A stretch of DNA of 39,859 nucleotides from an uncultured Rhodospirillales bacterium (GTDB lineage Bacteria > Pseudomonadota > Alphaproteobacteria > Rhodospirillales > CAJXLG01): positions 1 through 39,859 of the forward strand of contig CAJXLG010000003.1 of the NCBI GenBank assembly GCA_913055885.1. The letters are read 5' to 3'. The number at the start of each line of letters is the position of its first letter. The first letter of the stretch is position 1. Positions 12,001 through 31,629 of the stretch are shown piece after piece. The translations under genes were made by a program, and so were the position numbers. A model generated the notes under the pieces. It saw only the letters and a list, made by a program, of their open reading frames with translations. It was not told the origin of the DNA and ran no database searches.

Positions 12001-15000
12001 GTGGGCGCCCGCGCCGTCGGGGTCGAGCAGGGTGCGCAGGGGGATGGACACCCCGTCCGTCAGGTCCACGGGGGTGGCGAAGGCCACATCACGCACCACC
12101 ACGCCGGCGCCATCCAGGGTGTCCCGCCCGGCGGCCAGGGCCATGGCCAGCAGGCCGCTCCCGGGCAGCAACACCCGGCCCTGGACCCGGTGTTCGTCCA
12201 GCCAGGCGGGCCGCGCCCGCGACGGGTGGCTTTCATAAAGGACCGTGTCCAGCGGCAGGTCAACCCGCCGGCCCAGGAGGGCGCGCGCCGCGTCGCCGCT
12301 GCCGTCCACCGGCAGCCAGTACCGTCGCCGCTCGAACGGGGTGTGGGGCAGGTCCACGACGGGCCCGCCGCGTACCGCGTCCACCTTGTCGGCGGCGCCC
12401 GGATGGCCGGCCAGGAACAGCCCGGCCGCCGCCTCGGCCAGGCCCCGGTCGGCCGCCCGGTCGCGCCGCGCGGTGGCGATCGCCCGGGGCTTCCGGCTGG
12501 TGGCCGCCGCCTCCGCGATGGCTTCGGCCAGGGGCAGAAGGTGGGGGCGCGGCCCCATCTCCAGGAAGGCCGCCGGGGCGTCTTCCAGAAGGGCGCGGAT
12601 GCCCGCCTCGAAATCCACCGGGGCCTGCATGTGGCGGCGCCAATACCCCGGATCACCCAGGGTTTCCAGGCCGACCCAGCCGCCCGTCAGGTTGGAGGCC
12701 AGGGGGATGGCGGGCTCGCCCGGCGTCAGGCGGCCCGCCACGGTTTCCAGGGTGGCGGCGGCGGGTGCCATGGCCGGCGAATGGAAGGCGTGGGCAACGG
12801 ACAGCCGGCGGACCGACAGGCCGCGGTCCGAAAAGGCCTGCACGACGGCGGCCACGGCGGCCTCCGGACCGGCCACGGTGGTGCCGGCGGGCCCGTTCCG
12901 GCCGGCGATGGTCACCTCCGGGTGGTCCTCCAGGAGGGGCGCCACCGTCGCGTCGGGGGCGGCGACGGTGGCCATGGCGCCCGGCGGCAGGTCCGCCATG
13001 AGGGCGCCGCGCTCCGCCGCCAGGACGAGGCCGTCCGCCAGCGACAGGGCGCCGGCCACGACGGCGGCCGCGATCTCCCCGACGCTGTGGCCGATCACCG
13101 CCGAGGGCGTCACCCCCCACGCCTGCCAGAGGGCGGCCATGGCACACTCGAAGGCCACCAGGGCCGGCTGGGCGTGGCGGGTATCGTCCATGTCGGGGGC
13201 CCCGGGTGCCCCCGACAACAGGGTGGTCAGGGGCGCCTCGGCGAAGGTCCAGCCGGGCCGGCCGCGCAGGACCGCGTCGCCCCGCTCGACGACCTCCCGG
13301 AAAGCCGGCTGTTCGGCGAGCAGCGCGCGGGCCATGCCCGGGTATTGGGCGCCCTGGCCGGTGAACAGGAAGGCGACCCCGCCGTCGCGGGACGGGTCCT
13401 CGACCCCGGCGGTGGTCCCTGCCGCCAGCGCCGCCAGCGCCGACAGGGCCTCGTCCGCCGTTTCCGCAACGACGGCCGCGCGCGCGGGCAGGCGCGCGCG
13501 GCCCCGGGCCAGGGTGGTGGCGACGGCGCGCGGGGATGGCGCGTCGGGCGCCCGCAGCCGGCCGGCCAAGGCCTCCGCCAGGGCGCGCAGGGCGTCCCCC
13601 GTGCGCGCCGACAGGCCCAGCATGACCGGCCCGTCGGGCGCCTCCGCCGGCGCCTCCGCGGCGGGCGGCTCGGTGACCACGAGATGGGCGTTGGTGCCGC
13701 TGTAGCCGAAGGAACTGAGGCCGGCGGCGCGCCGCCGTTCCCCCGCCGGCCAGGCGCGCCCGCCGCGCGGCAGGCTCAGGGGCAGGCGGTCCCACGGGAT
13801 CCGGGGGCTGGGCTTTTCCAGATGGAGGTTGCCGGGGATGCGCTCGTGGCGCAACGCCGCCAGCACTTTGAGCAGGCCGCCCACGCCGGCCGCCGTTTCC
13901 ATGTGGCCGAAGACGGATTTGACGGCCCCCAGGACCAGCGGCCGGTCGGCCGGCCGGTCGCGGCCGTAGACGTTGGCGGCGGCGGCGGCCTCGATGGGGT
14001 CGCCCAGATCCGTGCCGGTGCCGTGGGTTTCCAGAAGGTCCACCTCGGCCGGGGTCACGCCGGCGTCGTCCAGGGCGGCGGTCATGACCGCTTCCTGGCT
14101 GGGGCCGTTGGGCGCGGTCAGGCTGCCGGAACGGCCGTCCTGGTTGACGGCCGTGCCCGCGATGACGCCGAGAATGCGGTCGCCGTCGGCCCGCGCGTCG
14201 GCCAGCCGTTTGAGGACCACCACGCCGCAGCCCTCGGAGCGGACGAACCCGTCGGCCCGGTGGTCGAAGGGCTTGCAGCGGCCGTCCGGGGCCAGCATGC
14301 CGGCCTGCGACAGGGCGATGTGGCCGGCCGGGGTCAGCATCACGTTGACGCCCCCGGCCAGGGCCATGTCGATCTCGCCCAGGCGCAGCGCCTGACAGGC
14401 CAGGTGGCTGGCGACCAGCGACGACGAACAGGCCGTGTCCACCGCCACCGCCGGCCCGCGCAGGCCCAGCAGGTGGGAAAGCCGGCCGGCCACCACCGAG
14501 TTGCCGTTGCCCGACCCGAAGTGGCCGTCCATCACCGTGGCGTCGCCGCCGGGACCCGCCACCAGCCGCGAATAGTCCTGGCCGGCGACGCCCATGTAGA
14601 CGCCGGTGCGGCTGTCGACAAGGCCGTCGGGCGCGATGGCGGCGTGTTCCAGCCCTTCCCAGGCCGCTTCCAGGACCAGCCGCTGCTGCGGGTCCATGCT
14701 GCGGGCCTCGCGTGGGCTGATGCCGAAAAAGGCGGCGTCGAAGCGGTCGATGCCGTCCAGGAAACCGCCCTCGTTGACGTTGGTGAAGCCGGGCTGCGGC
14801 GGGCCCGGGCGATAGAAGTCGGCGGTGGGCCAGCGCGTGGCGGGGATGGGGCCCACCGGGTCGTGCCCGCTGTCGAGCAGAGCCCACAGGCTTTCCAGGT
14901 CCCCCACGCCGCCGGGCAGGCGCAGCCCCGCCCCGACGACGGCGACGGGCGCGCTGCGCGCCTCGGCGCCGTGCGCTTCCAGGCGTTTCTCCAGGGACAG

Positions 15001-15056
15001 GGCGTAGAGCGCCAGCTTCTGCGGGGACAGGGCCAGCAGGCGGTCCAGGGTCTCGG

Positions 15057-15060
<4 letters not shown>
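3031..15060 (-). CDS. Type I PKS subunit 2, 4009 aa: module 3 KS-AT(mal)-DH-cMT-ER-KR-ACP; module 4 KS-AT(methylmalonyl-like)-KR-ACP
   Basis: Two KS domains with DTACSSS/HGxGT/GH(M/L)E. AT3 [21 protein letters not shown] and [42 protein letters not shown] and [12 protein letters not shown]3 [18 protein letters not shown]4 GQGGQW/GHSMG/VDVASH. KR4 [19 protein letters not shown]. ACPs LGLDSLM and MGLDSVM. Confidence 0.96.
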
Positions 15061-24866
<9,806 letters not shown>

Positions 24867-25067
24867 TCAGGTCCCCCGGCCTGCTTCGGGCCCGGCCTTG
24901 TCCAATTTGCTGCCGGGCACCCGGCCGGCTCACGGGGGGTGCCGCCCGCTGGCGCCACCCCGGAAACGGCTGGTTTCGCCGGCCGTGTACACCACCACTA
25001 GCTGCAGAAATCACGCCTCAAGGACGCACGAAAAAGGTGCCGCTTGCAACGTTGAAGCCCCTTACTC

Positions 25068-25116
25068 TTATGATGCCCCCTACCCCGCCCCTTTTATGAT
25101 GCCCCCTACCCCGCCC
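25068..25116. repeat. 23-bp perfect direct repeat (TTATGATGCCCCCTACCCCGCCC x2, 26-bp period) in the divergent intergenic region
   Basis: Copies at 25068-25090 and 25094-25116. A degenerate partial copy (TGAAGCCCCTTAC) lies just upstream. Confidence 0.9.
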
Positions 25117-25339
25117 TGAGGGGAGGAGCATCGTCTGCGGGCCTTCGATACCTGGCCCCGACCCCGATCGGGGCCGCAATCGGCACGGCGCAGAGCCAAC
25201 ACAGCCTGTCGAGCCCGTGCGAAATCCGGGCTAGGATGGCGGATTGTGGTCCGGGAAGTTCCCAGGGTGCAAGGGGCAGAGTCCGTCGAATGTGACGGAT
25301 CGTTGACGGCCCGGGCCGGACCGGCGTTCCCACGGAGGA

Positions 25340-25367
25340 TTGCACGTCCCGGGTCGTGCCCTACAAT
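25340..25367 (+). promoter_or_regulatory. Putative sigma70 promoter of the FAAL-kinase-PPTase operon
   Basis: TTGCAC (25340-45), N16, TACAAT (25362-67), about 100 nt upstream of ATG 25467. Confidence 0.6.
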
Positions 25368-25397
25368 AATGTGCCGCAATGGCGTGTCCGGATCCCG

Positions 25398-25432
25398 CCG
25401 GCGGACGCGGGCGGGTCCGGCGCGTCCGCCGG
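25398..25432 (+). other. 12-bp-stem hairpin in the predicted 5' UTR of the FAAL gene
   Basis: CCGGCGGACGCG-N11-CGCGTCCGCCGG; no U-tract follows. Confidence 0.45.
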
Positions 25433-25466
25433 GGAGCGGCGGTTATCGCAAGGGGGGAATGGCGCA

Positions 25467-28400
25467 ATGAACGAGGACGGCCCGGCACCATGGCCCGCCG
25501 GGGCGGGCGACCTCAGTGACTGGGTGACGCGCGGGGCGGAAGCCGACCCGGAGGCCCTGGCGCATGCCCTGGTCGGTGCGTCCGGCGATCCGGAACGACG
25601 GTTGACGCGCCTGGCGCTGCGGCGGCGGGCCTGGGGCGTGGCCCGCGCCCTGCGCGAGCGCCTGCCGGCGGGTGAACGGGTTCTTTTGCTGTTTTCCTGT
25701 CCGCTGGAGTTCCTGGCCGGTTTCGTGGGATGCCTGGATGCCGGCCTGATCGCCGTGCCGGCGCCGCCGCCGGAGCCGTCGCGCCTCAAGCGCGCCCTGC
25801 CGCGCCTGGGCGCCATTGTCGAGGACTGCGGCGCGGCCCTCGTCCTGGCGGATACCACCATCGCCGGGCTGGTCACCGGCGGAAGCGCGGCCGACGGCGT
25901 CCTGGGAACGCTGCCGGTGATCGACGTGGCGGACTGCCCGGAATCGGAGACACCGCCCGAGGGCCGCGTGCGGCCTGACGACGTGGCCTACCTTCAGTAC
26001 ACCTCCGGCTCCACCGCGAGCCCGCGCGGGATCATGGTGCGCCGCGCCGCCCTGGCCGACAACCTGCGTTACAATCATGCCCTGTGGCGCTACGGGCCGG
26101 ACAGCCTGGCGGTCAACTGGATGCCCTACTACCACGATTACGGCCTGGTGGAAGGGCTGTTGCAGCCGCTGCACGCCGGCATTCCCGCGCTTCTGTTGTC
26201 GCCCACGGCGTTCCTCCGGGCGCCCGGGCGCTGGCTGCGGGCCATAAGCGCGCACGGCGCCACCCACGCGGCCGCCCCCAATTTCGGCTATGCCCACTGC
26301 GTCGCGCGGGTGTCGGAAGCGGAGATGGCGGATCTGGACCTGACCCCATGGCGGGTTGCCAGCACCGGGGCCGAGATGGTCCGTCCGGCGACCCTGGAGC
26401 GTTTCGCCGCCCGGTTCGCCCCGGCCGGGTTCGACGCGCGGGCGTTCATGCCGTCCTACGGTCTGGCCGAGGCGACCCTGCTGGTGACCGCGGCCCGGAC
26501 GGAAGCGGCCGCGCCGGCCGAGACCCTGCCCTCGGACCTGGCCATGACCGTGGATCGGAGCGCCCTGGCGTCGGGCGAGGCCCGGCCGGTGGCGGAGCCC
26601 GGGGCGGGCCTGCGGCTCGCCTGCTGCGGCCGTCCCGGGCCGGGCACCGAGGTGCGCATCGTCGATCCCGACAGCGGTGCGGTCTGTTCCGACGGCCGCG
26701 TCGGCGAGATCTGGGTGCGCGGGGGCGGCCTGGGCGCCGGCTACTGGGGCCGGCCCGAAGACTCCGCCCGGACCTTCGACGCCCGGCCGGCCGGGGCACC
26801 GACGGACGGGCCGGGCTACCTGCGAACGGGCGATCTGGGATTCATGGTGGACGGCGGCCTCTATGTCTCGGGCCGGCGCAAGGAACTCATCGTGGTGCAC
26901 GGGGTCAATCACGTGCCCCACGACATCGAGGCCACGGCGCGCGCCGCCGTGCCCGCCCTCGCGGAAGCGGACTGTGCCGCTTTCGCCGTCGAGGGCGATG
27001 GCGCGGAACAGGTCGCCCTGGCCGTGGAGGCGGGGCGGGACGTGCCGGATGACGCCCTGCCCGGGATGCGCGAGGCCATCGCCGCCGCCCTGTGGGAGAC
27101 CCACCAGCTCACGCCGGCCCACCTGGTCGTCCTGGGGCGGGGCGGGCTCCCCAAGACCTCGAGCGGCAAGGTCCAGCGAACCCACTGCCGTACCCTGCTG
27201 GAAGGCGGGGGCTTCGAAAAGGTGCGTCGCATCTTCACCGGCGGCGCCGAGGCCGCGCCCGCGGAAGATTCCGCCATCGGGGCGGAGACGGCGGACGCCC
27301 AGCTCGTGACCCACCGGACCGGGGAGGATCGGAACATGGCGGCCCACGACAGCAGCGCCAGCGCCGACGAGCTCATCACGGCCCTGCGCGCCTATGCCGC
27401 CGAGCGTATCAACCCCACCATCATGGACGAGCGGCGCGCCCTGCCGCCGAACGTGGTGCTGGACTTCGGGGCCCTCGGCCTCCTGGGCCTGCGCGTTCCC
27501 CGCGCGCTGCATGGCAAGGAACTCACCTGCGTGGACTTCGCGCGGGTGCTGGAACAGATCGGCGGCATCGACGTCAGCCTGGGGGTCTTCACCATCCTGC
27601 AGAACGGCCTGGGGCTGCCGCCCCTGCTGGGCCATGGCACGCCCGAACAACGCGCCGCCCTGGTGCCCACCCTGGCGGAGGGGCGTGCCCTGGTGTCGTT
27701 CGCCTACACGGAGCAGGGGGCGGGCTCGAACGTCCGCGCCATCGAGGCGGAGGCCCGGCCCGATGCCGAGGGCACACTGCGCCTCACGGGCACCAAGTTC
27801 TGGAGCGGCTCGTCCGCCTGGGCCTCGACCATCCTGGTTTTCGCCCGCGAGGTGGACGCCGCCGGCCGCCCGCTGGGGATTTCCGCCTTCATCACGCGCC
27901 GCGGCATGCCCGGCCTGCGCACCTCGGACGAAGCCCTGACCATGGGCCTGCGGGCGACCATCCAGAACCGCGTGGAACTGGACCGTGTGCCGGTGGGGGC
28001 GGCGGATCGGCTGGGCGCGCCCGGCCAGGGCCTGCAGATCGCCCAGGAGGCCATGAGCTTCACCCGGTTGTGCCTGGCCGCCCTGTGCCTGGGGACGCTG
28101 CGCCGGGTGACCCGGGTCATGCACCGCTTCGCCAGCCGGCGCACCGTCATCACCGGCCCGCTGGAGCGCCATCCCACGATCCAGGCCCGCCTGTCGCACT
28201 GGACGGCGGCGGCCACGGCCCTGGACGCGCTGGTGGCCGAAACGGCGCGGCGGGTGGACCGGGACGGCGACGCCAACCCCCACCTTTATGCCGCCTGCAA
28301 GGCCCTGGCGCCCGAGCTGTTGTGGGGGGCGGCGGACGACGCCATGCAGCTTCTGGGCGGGCGCGGCTACATGGAGCACAACCTGATCGCCATGGTGTTC

Positions 28401-29297
28401 CGCGATGCCCGCGCCATCCGGATTTTCGAGGGGCCGACGGAGAGCATCAACCACCACCTCGGGGCGGCGGTCCTCAACGACCGGGCCGGGCTGGACCGGC
28501 TGCTGCGCCACGACCTCGACGCGCCGGACGCGGCCGACCGGCTGGCGGCCGCCGCCGACGCGGTGGAAGGCATGGACGCGGCGGACGTACCCTGGTCCGA
28601 TGCGGGCGCGTTGCGGGCCCGCCGGGCCCAGGGTCTGGGCGACGTGGCGGCCTGGAGCCTCATGACCGCCTGCCTGGAAGGGGGCGGGGCCGCCGACGGG
28701 GACCGGCCGCGGGCCCTGACCTGGTGCCGGGCGATGCTGGACGAGGCGCGCCGCAGGGCCGCAACGTCAACCCCGGGCGAGGCCGCCGTCCTGGATTCCG
28801 GGGAGCTGGCCGGCCTGGTGGGCGGCTATGCGGCGCGCATCGGCGACGGGAGCTTTGCGTCGGCCGGTGTGGAAACCGGGGTGGAGCCCGAGCTTGCGCC
28901 GGGCGACGCGGCCGCCCCGGCCCCGGCGGCCCCGGTTACCCCGGCGGCGCCGGCGGGCGGGGGCGCCGCCGACGACCTGGAGCAGTGGATGGTGGCCTGG
29001 CTGGCCCGCACGCTCGGCCTGACGGCAGGCACCGTGGCGCCGGACCGGCCCTTCGCCACCTACGGCCTGGACTCGGTCACCGCCTCCATGCTGGCGATGG
29101 ACCTGGAGGGGCACCTGGGCCGCTCCGTGGACGCCACGGCCATCTGGGATTATCCGTCGCCGCGCGCGCTGGCCGCCCATCTGGCGGCGCCGGCCGGCCC
29201 CGGAGCGGCCGCCGACGGGACCGCCGACACCGACGCCGAGTCCGCCGGCGCGGCGGCCGAACTGGATGCCCTGCTCCGCGAGTTCGGGCATGACTGA
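25467..29297 (+). CDS. Fatty acyl-AMP ligase - acyl-CoA dehydrogenase - ACP tridomain loading protein (~1276 aa)
   Basis: FAAL motifs AYLQYTSGSTASPRG, WMPYYHDYGL, PSYGLAEATL followed by a FAAL-type insertion, LRTGDLG, PKTSSGKVQR. ACAD motifs FAYTEQGAGSN, GTKFWS, LGGRGY, IFEGPTE. ACP YGLDSV. Start moved from GTG 25356, which overlaps the promoter, to ATG 25467 after AAGGGGGG. Confidence 0.92.
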   Translation: MNEDGPAPWPAGAGDLSDWVTRGAEADPEALAHALVGASGDPERRLTRLALRRRAWGVARALRERLPAGERVLLLFSCPLEFLAGFVGCLDAGLIAVPAPPPEPSRLKRALPRLGAIVEDCGAALVLADTTIAGLVTGGSAADGVLGTLPVIDVADCPESETPPEGRVRPDDVAYLQYTSGSTASPRGIMVRRAALADNLRYNHALWRYGPDSLAVNWMPYYHDYGLVEGLLQPLHAGIPALLLSPTAFLRAPGRWLRAISAHGATHAAAPNFGYAHCVARVSEAEMADLDLTPWRVASTGAEMVRPATLERFAARFAPAGFDARAFMPSYGLAEATLLVTAARTEAAAPAETLPSDLAMTVDRSALASGEARPVAEPGAGLRLACCGRPGPGTEVRIVDPDSGAVCSDGRVGEIWVRGGGLGAGYWGRPEDSARTFDARPAGAPTDGPGYLRTGDLGFMVDGGLYVSGRRKELIVVHGVNHVPHDIEATARAAVPALAEADCAAFAVEGDGAEQVALAVEAGRDVPDDALPGMREAIAAALWETHQLTPAHLVVLGRGGLPKTSSGKVQRTHCRTLLEGGGFEKVRRIFTGGAEAAPAEDSAIGAETADAQLVTHRTGEDRNMAAHDSSASADELITALRAYAAERINPTIMDERRALPPNVVLDFGALGLLGLRVPRALHGKELTCVDFARVLEQIGGIDVSLGVFTILQNGLGLPPLLGHGTPEQRAALVPTLAEGRALVSFAYTEQGAGSNVRAIEAEARPDAEGTLRLTGTKFWSGSSAWASTILVFAREVDAAGRPLGISAFITRRGMPGLRTSDEALTMGLRATIQNRVELDRVPVGAADRLGAPGQGLQIAQEAMSFTRLCLAALCLGTLRRVTRVMHRFASRRTVITGPLERHPTIQARLSHWTAAATALDALVAETARRVDRDGDANPHLYAACKALAPELLWGAADDAMQLLGGRGYMEHNLIAMVFRDARAIRIFEGPTESINHHLGAAVLNDRAGLDRLLRHDLDAPDAADRLAAAADAVEGMDAADVPWSDAGALRARRAQGLGDVAAWSLMTACLEGGGAADGDRPRALTWCRAMLDEARRRAATSTPGEAAVLDSGELAGLVGGYAARIGDGSFASAGVETGVEPELAPGDAAAPAPAAPVTPAAPAGGGAADDLEQWMVAWLARTLGLTAGTVAPDRPFATYGLDSVTASMLAMDLEGHLGRSVDATAIWDYPSPRALAAHLAAPAGPGAAADGTADTDAESAGAAAELDALLREFGHD
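27323..27338 (+). promoter_or_regulatory. Internal Shine-Dalgarno plus in-frame ATG at the start of the ACAD domain
   Basis: GGAGG (27323-27), 8 nt, ATG (27336), in frame with the FAAL ORF. Confidence 0.5.
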
Positions 29298-30330
29298 CGC
29301 GGAAGGGGGGATCGCCGGGTCCTGGCTCGCCCGCGTTCTGGGGCTGCCGCCGGACGCACTGGCCGGGGTGACGGTCGAGCCCGTGGCGGCGGAGGCGGCC
29401 TTCTGTGGCCGTCTCGCCCGGGTTACCGCCAGCCACGGCCTGCCCGGGCCGGTGGTCGTCAAACGGCCCGCCGCCGACCCGGAAATATACCGCATGATGG
29501 CCGGCATGGGGTTCTACACCCGCGAGCACAGGTTCTACGCCGATCTGGCCGCCGAGGCCGGCGTGGACACGCCCCGCCTGTTGGGCGTGGATGACGCGGA
29601 CGGCGAGGCCCCGGTCCTGGTGCTTGAGGCGTGCGCGGCCGGGCTGCCGGGGGACCAGTTTTCCGGGATCGACGCCCACGACGCCGTCGCCATCGCGCGC
29701 GCCATGGCGGGTTTTCATGCCCGGCTGCGCGAGGACGGCCCGGCGGCGGCCCGGACGGCATGGGTGCCCGGTTTCGACGACGGGCCGGATATGACGGCGT
29801 TCTATGACGCCTGTTGGCCGGACTTCGCGCGGCGCTTCGGCCATTGCCTGCCCGACTGGCTGATGGCGGCGGGGCCCGCCCTGGGGCCCCGGCTGGCGAC
29901 CCTGCGCCGGGGGCTGGCGCGCCCCCCGCTTACGGTCCTCCACGGCGACCTGCGCCTGGACAACCTTCTGCTGCGGCCGGACGGGCCGCCCGTGTTCCTT
30001 GACTGGCAGACGGTCGTCCGGGGTCGGGGCGGCTTCGATCTTGCCTATCTCGTTGCCGGCAACCTGCGCCACCATGACGCGGCCGCCATCGACACCCTGG
30101 TAACGGCCTACAGCACGGCCCTCGGCGAGGCGGGCTGGGAGGCCTACGACGAATCGGCCGTGCGCGACGACGTGCGCCATGGCGTGGCGTTTCTCTGGGG
30201 GCGGACGGTGACGGCTGGCGCGCGGCTGGGTTTCGCCGGCGGGGACCGGCGGGCCCGGTTCGAGGCGGCCCTGGCCCGCTGGTGCGCCGCGGCGGAGGCG
30301 CTGGGCGTGCGCCGCATCCTGGGGGCCTGA
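29290..30330 (+). CDS. Phosphotransferase of the APH/choline/ecdysteroid-kinase-like family (~346 aa)
   Basis: VVVK, REHRFY, LVLE, Brenner-type HGDLRLDN, FLDWQ, DLAY. ATGACTGA overlaps the upstream stop. Confidence 0.88.
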   Translation: MTDAEGGIAGSWLARVLGLPPDALAGVTVEPVAAEAAFCGRLARVTASHGLPGPVVVKRPAADPEIYRMMAGMGFYTREHRFYADLAAEAGVDTPRLLGVDDADGEAPVLVLEACAAGLPGDQFSGIDAHDAVAIARAMAGFHARLREDGPAAARTAWVPGFDDGPDMTAFYDACWPDFARRFGHCLPDWLMAAGPALGPRLATLRRGLARPPLTVLHGDLRLDNLLLRPDGPPVFLDWQTVVRGRGGFDLAYLVAGNLRHHDAAAIDTLVTAYSTALGEAGWEAYDESAVRDDVRHGVAFLWGRTVTAGARLGFAGGDRRARFEAALARWCAAAEALGVRRILGA

Positions 30331-30332
30331 TC

Positions 30333-31097
30333 ATGAAACCGCCGGACGCCGCGGCCGAGGCCGTCGTCTGGGTGTGGGTCATGCCCACCGCCGGCGTTCC
30401 GGACCCGCCGCCGGGCCTTTCGACCCTGCTGGAGCCCGCCGAGCGGGCGCGCGCCGACGCCTTCCACTTCCGGGCGGACGGCCATGCCTATCGCTGTGCC
30501 CACCTCCTGCGCCGCCTGGCGCTCACCCACCGCGTCCCGGAGGTGGCGCCCGGCGCCTGGCGGTTCGTCGCCGACGCCCGGGGGCGGCCGGCGCTGGCCG
30601 GCGACGGCCCCGGCGGCGGGGTTGATGTGAACCTCACCCATACCCGGGGACTCGTCGCCGTGACGGTGGCCGAGGGGGTTGTCGCGGGGGTGGATGCCGA
30701 GGCGCTCGACCGCCGGGGGCTCGAGCCGGCCCTGGCCGACCGCGTCTGCACCCCGGAAGAGGGCGCCCGGCTGGCGGCGCGGGCCGGTGACGGAACGGTC
30801 TGGCGGCGCACCTTTGTGCGCTTCTGGGTGCGCAAGGAGGCGGTGGCCAAGGCCGCGGGCCTGGGGCTGGCGGCCGATCCCGCCACCATCCACGTGGCCG
30901 GGCGCCCGCGTCCCGCCTTCACGGCCGGGGCCGGGGCCTGGTCCCGGGCCGGGCCGTGGGCCCTGTGGGATCTGCCGCCCGAGGCCGGGCACGCGCTTGC
31001 CTTGGCCGCCCGCCCCTGGCCGGCCCGGGCCCGGGTGGTTTACCGCCGGGTTGACGGGCCGGCGCTGGCCCGGCTGGCAACGCGGCCGGTCCGGTGA
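30333..31097 (+). CDS. Sfp-type 4'-phosphopantetheinyl transferase (~254 aa)
   Basis: GRPAL, VNLTHT, GVDAE, FWVRKEAVAKAAGLGL. ATG lies 2 nt after the kinase stop. Confidence 0.92.
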   Translation: MKPPDAAAEAVVWVWVMPTAGVPDPPPGLSTLLEPAERARADAFHFRADGHAYRCAHLLRRLALTHRVPEVAPGAWRFVADARGRPALAGDGPGGGVDVNLTHTRGLVAVTVAEGVVAGVDAEALDRRGLEPALADRVCTPEEGARLAARAGDGTVWRRTFVRFWVRKEAVAKAAGLGLAADPATIHVAGRPRPAFTAGAGAWSRAGPWALWDLPPEAGHALALAARPWPARARVVYRRVDGPALARLATRPVR

Positions 31098-31099
31098 AC

Positions 31100-31490
31100 G
31101 GGCGGGGCGCATCCGTTCCGACCGACGTGCGGAAGCCGCCCGCCCGACCCTTGCGGAGGGACCGCGCCTGGTTTTCCAGCTGGGCGGCCCAGAGCCGCCG
31201 CACCGGCAGCTCCGACGCGGTCACCTTCAGGCGCACCGTGCGCGGCAGAAGGGTCCGGGGGAAGGCCCCGAAATCCGCCTTTTCGGGAAGGCTCACCCCC
31301 TCGGAGGCCACCTCGGACACCACCTTTCGGGGCTGGCTGTCGGCGTCGAAGCGGGTGTCCCGCTTGAATTTCTTCAGGCCCGCCCGAAGGGTGTCACCGT
31401 CCTTTTCGGTCCGGAAGCCGGCGTCGTTGAGGGTACAGGTTGGGTGGAAATCCCCGGCGCCGTTATTGCGAATGGCCCGGGCCAGTTTTG
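31100..31490 (-). pseudogene. Probable gene remnant of unknown family at the junction of the two blocks
   Basis: The middle of ORF 30919-31572 has protein-like composition and GC-rich third positions (LARAIRNNG...FKRDTRFDADSQPRKVV...VRLKVTASELPVRRLWAAQLEN). It has no convincing start/RBS, and its tail runs antisense into the PPTase. Confidence 0.4.
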
Positions 31491-31629
31491 CCCGCGTCCG
31501 TCGGGGTGGTGTAAGAGGTGAGCCGCCCCGCGCCCGCGTCACCCGAATAACCCAGTAGACACACCGGGACATTTCTCAGTGTCGCTACCGGACCAGATTC
31601 TGGTGTCGATTGACACGCGGAACGGGCCG

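Noticed and set aside
25068-25116. Direct repeat considered as a CRISPR array or att site
   Set aside because: Only two full copies separated by 3 nt, with no spacers, cas genes or integrase in the window.
25356-25466. ORF-track start of the FAAL gene at GTG 25356
   Set aside because: It overlaps the predicted promoter and hairpin. ATG 25467 has a purine-rich RBS and sits just before the FAAL fold.
25467-27240. Adenylation domain considered as an NRPS A domain
   Set aside because: The motifs (LQYTSGST, YHDYGL, YGLAEATL plus insertion, PKTSSGK) are FAAL-type, and there is no condensation domain.
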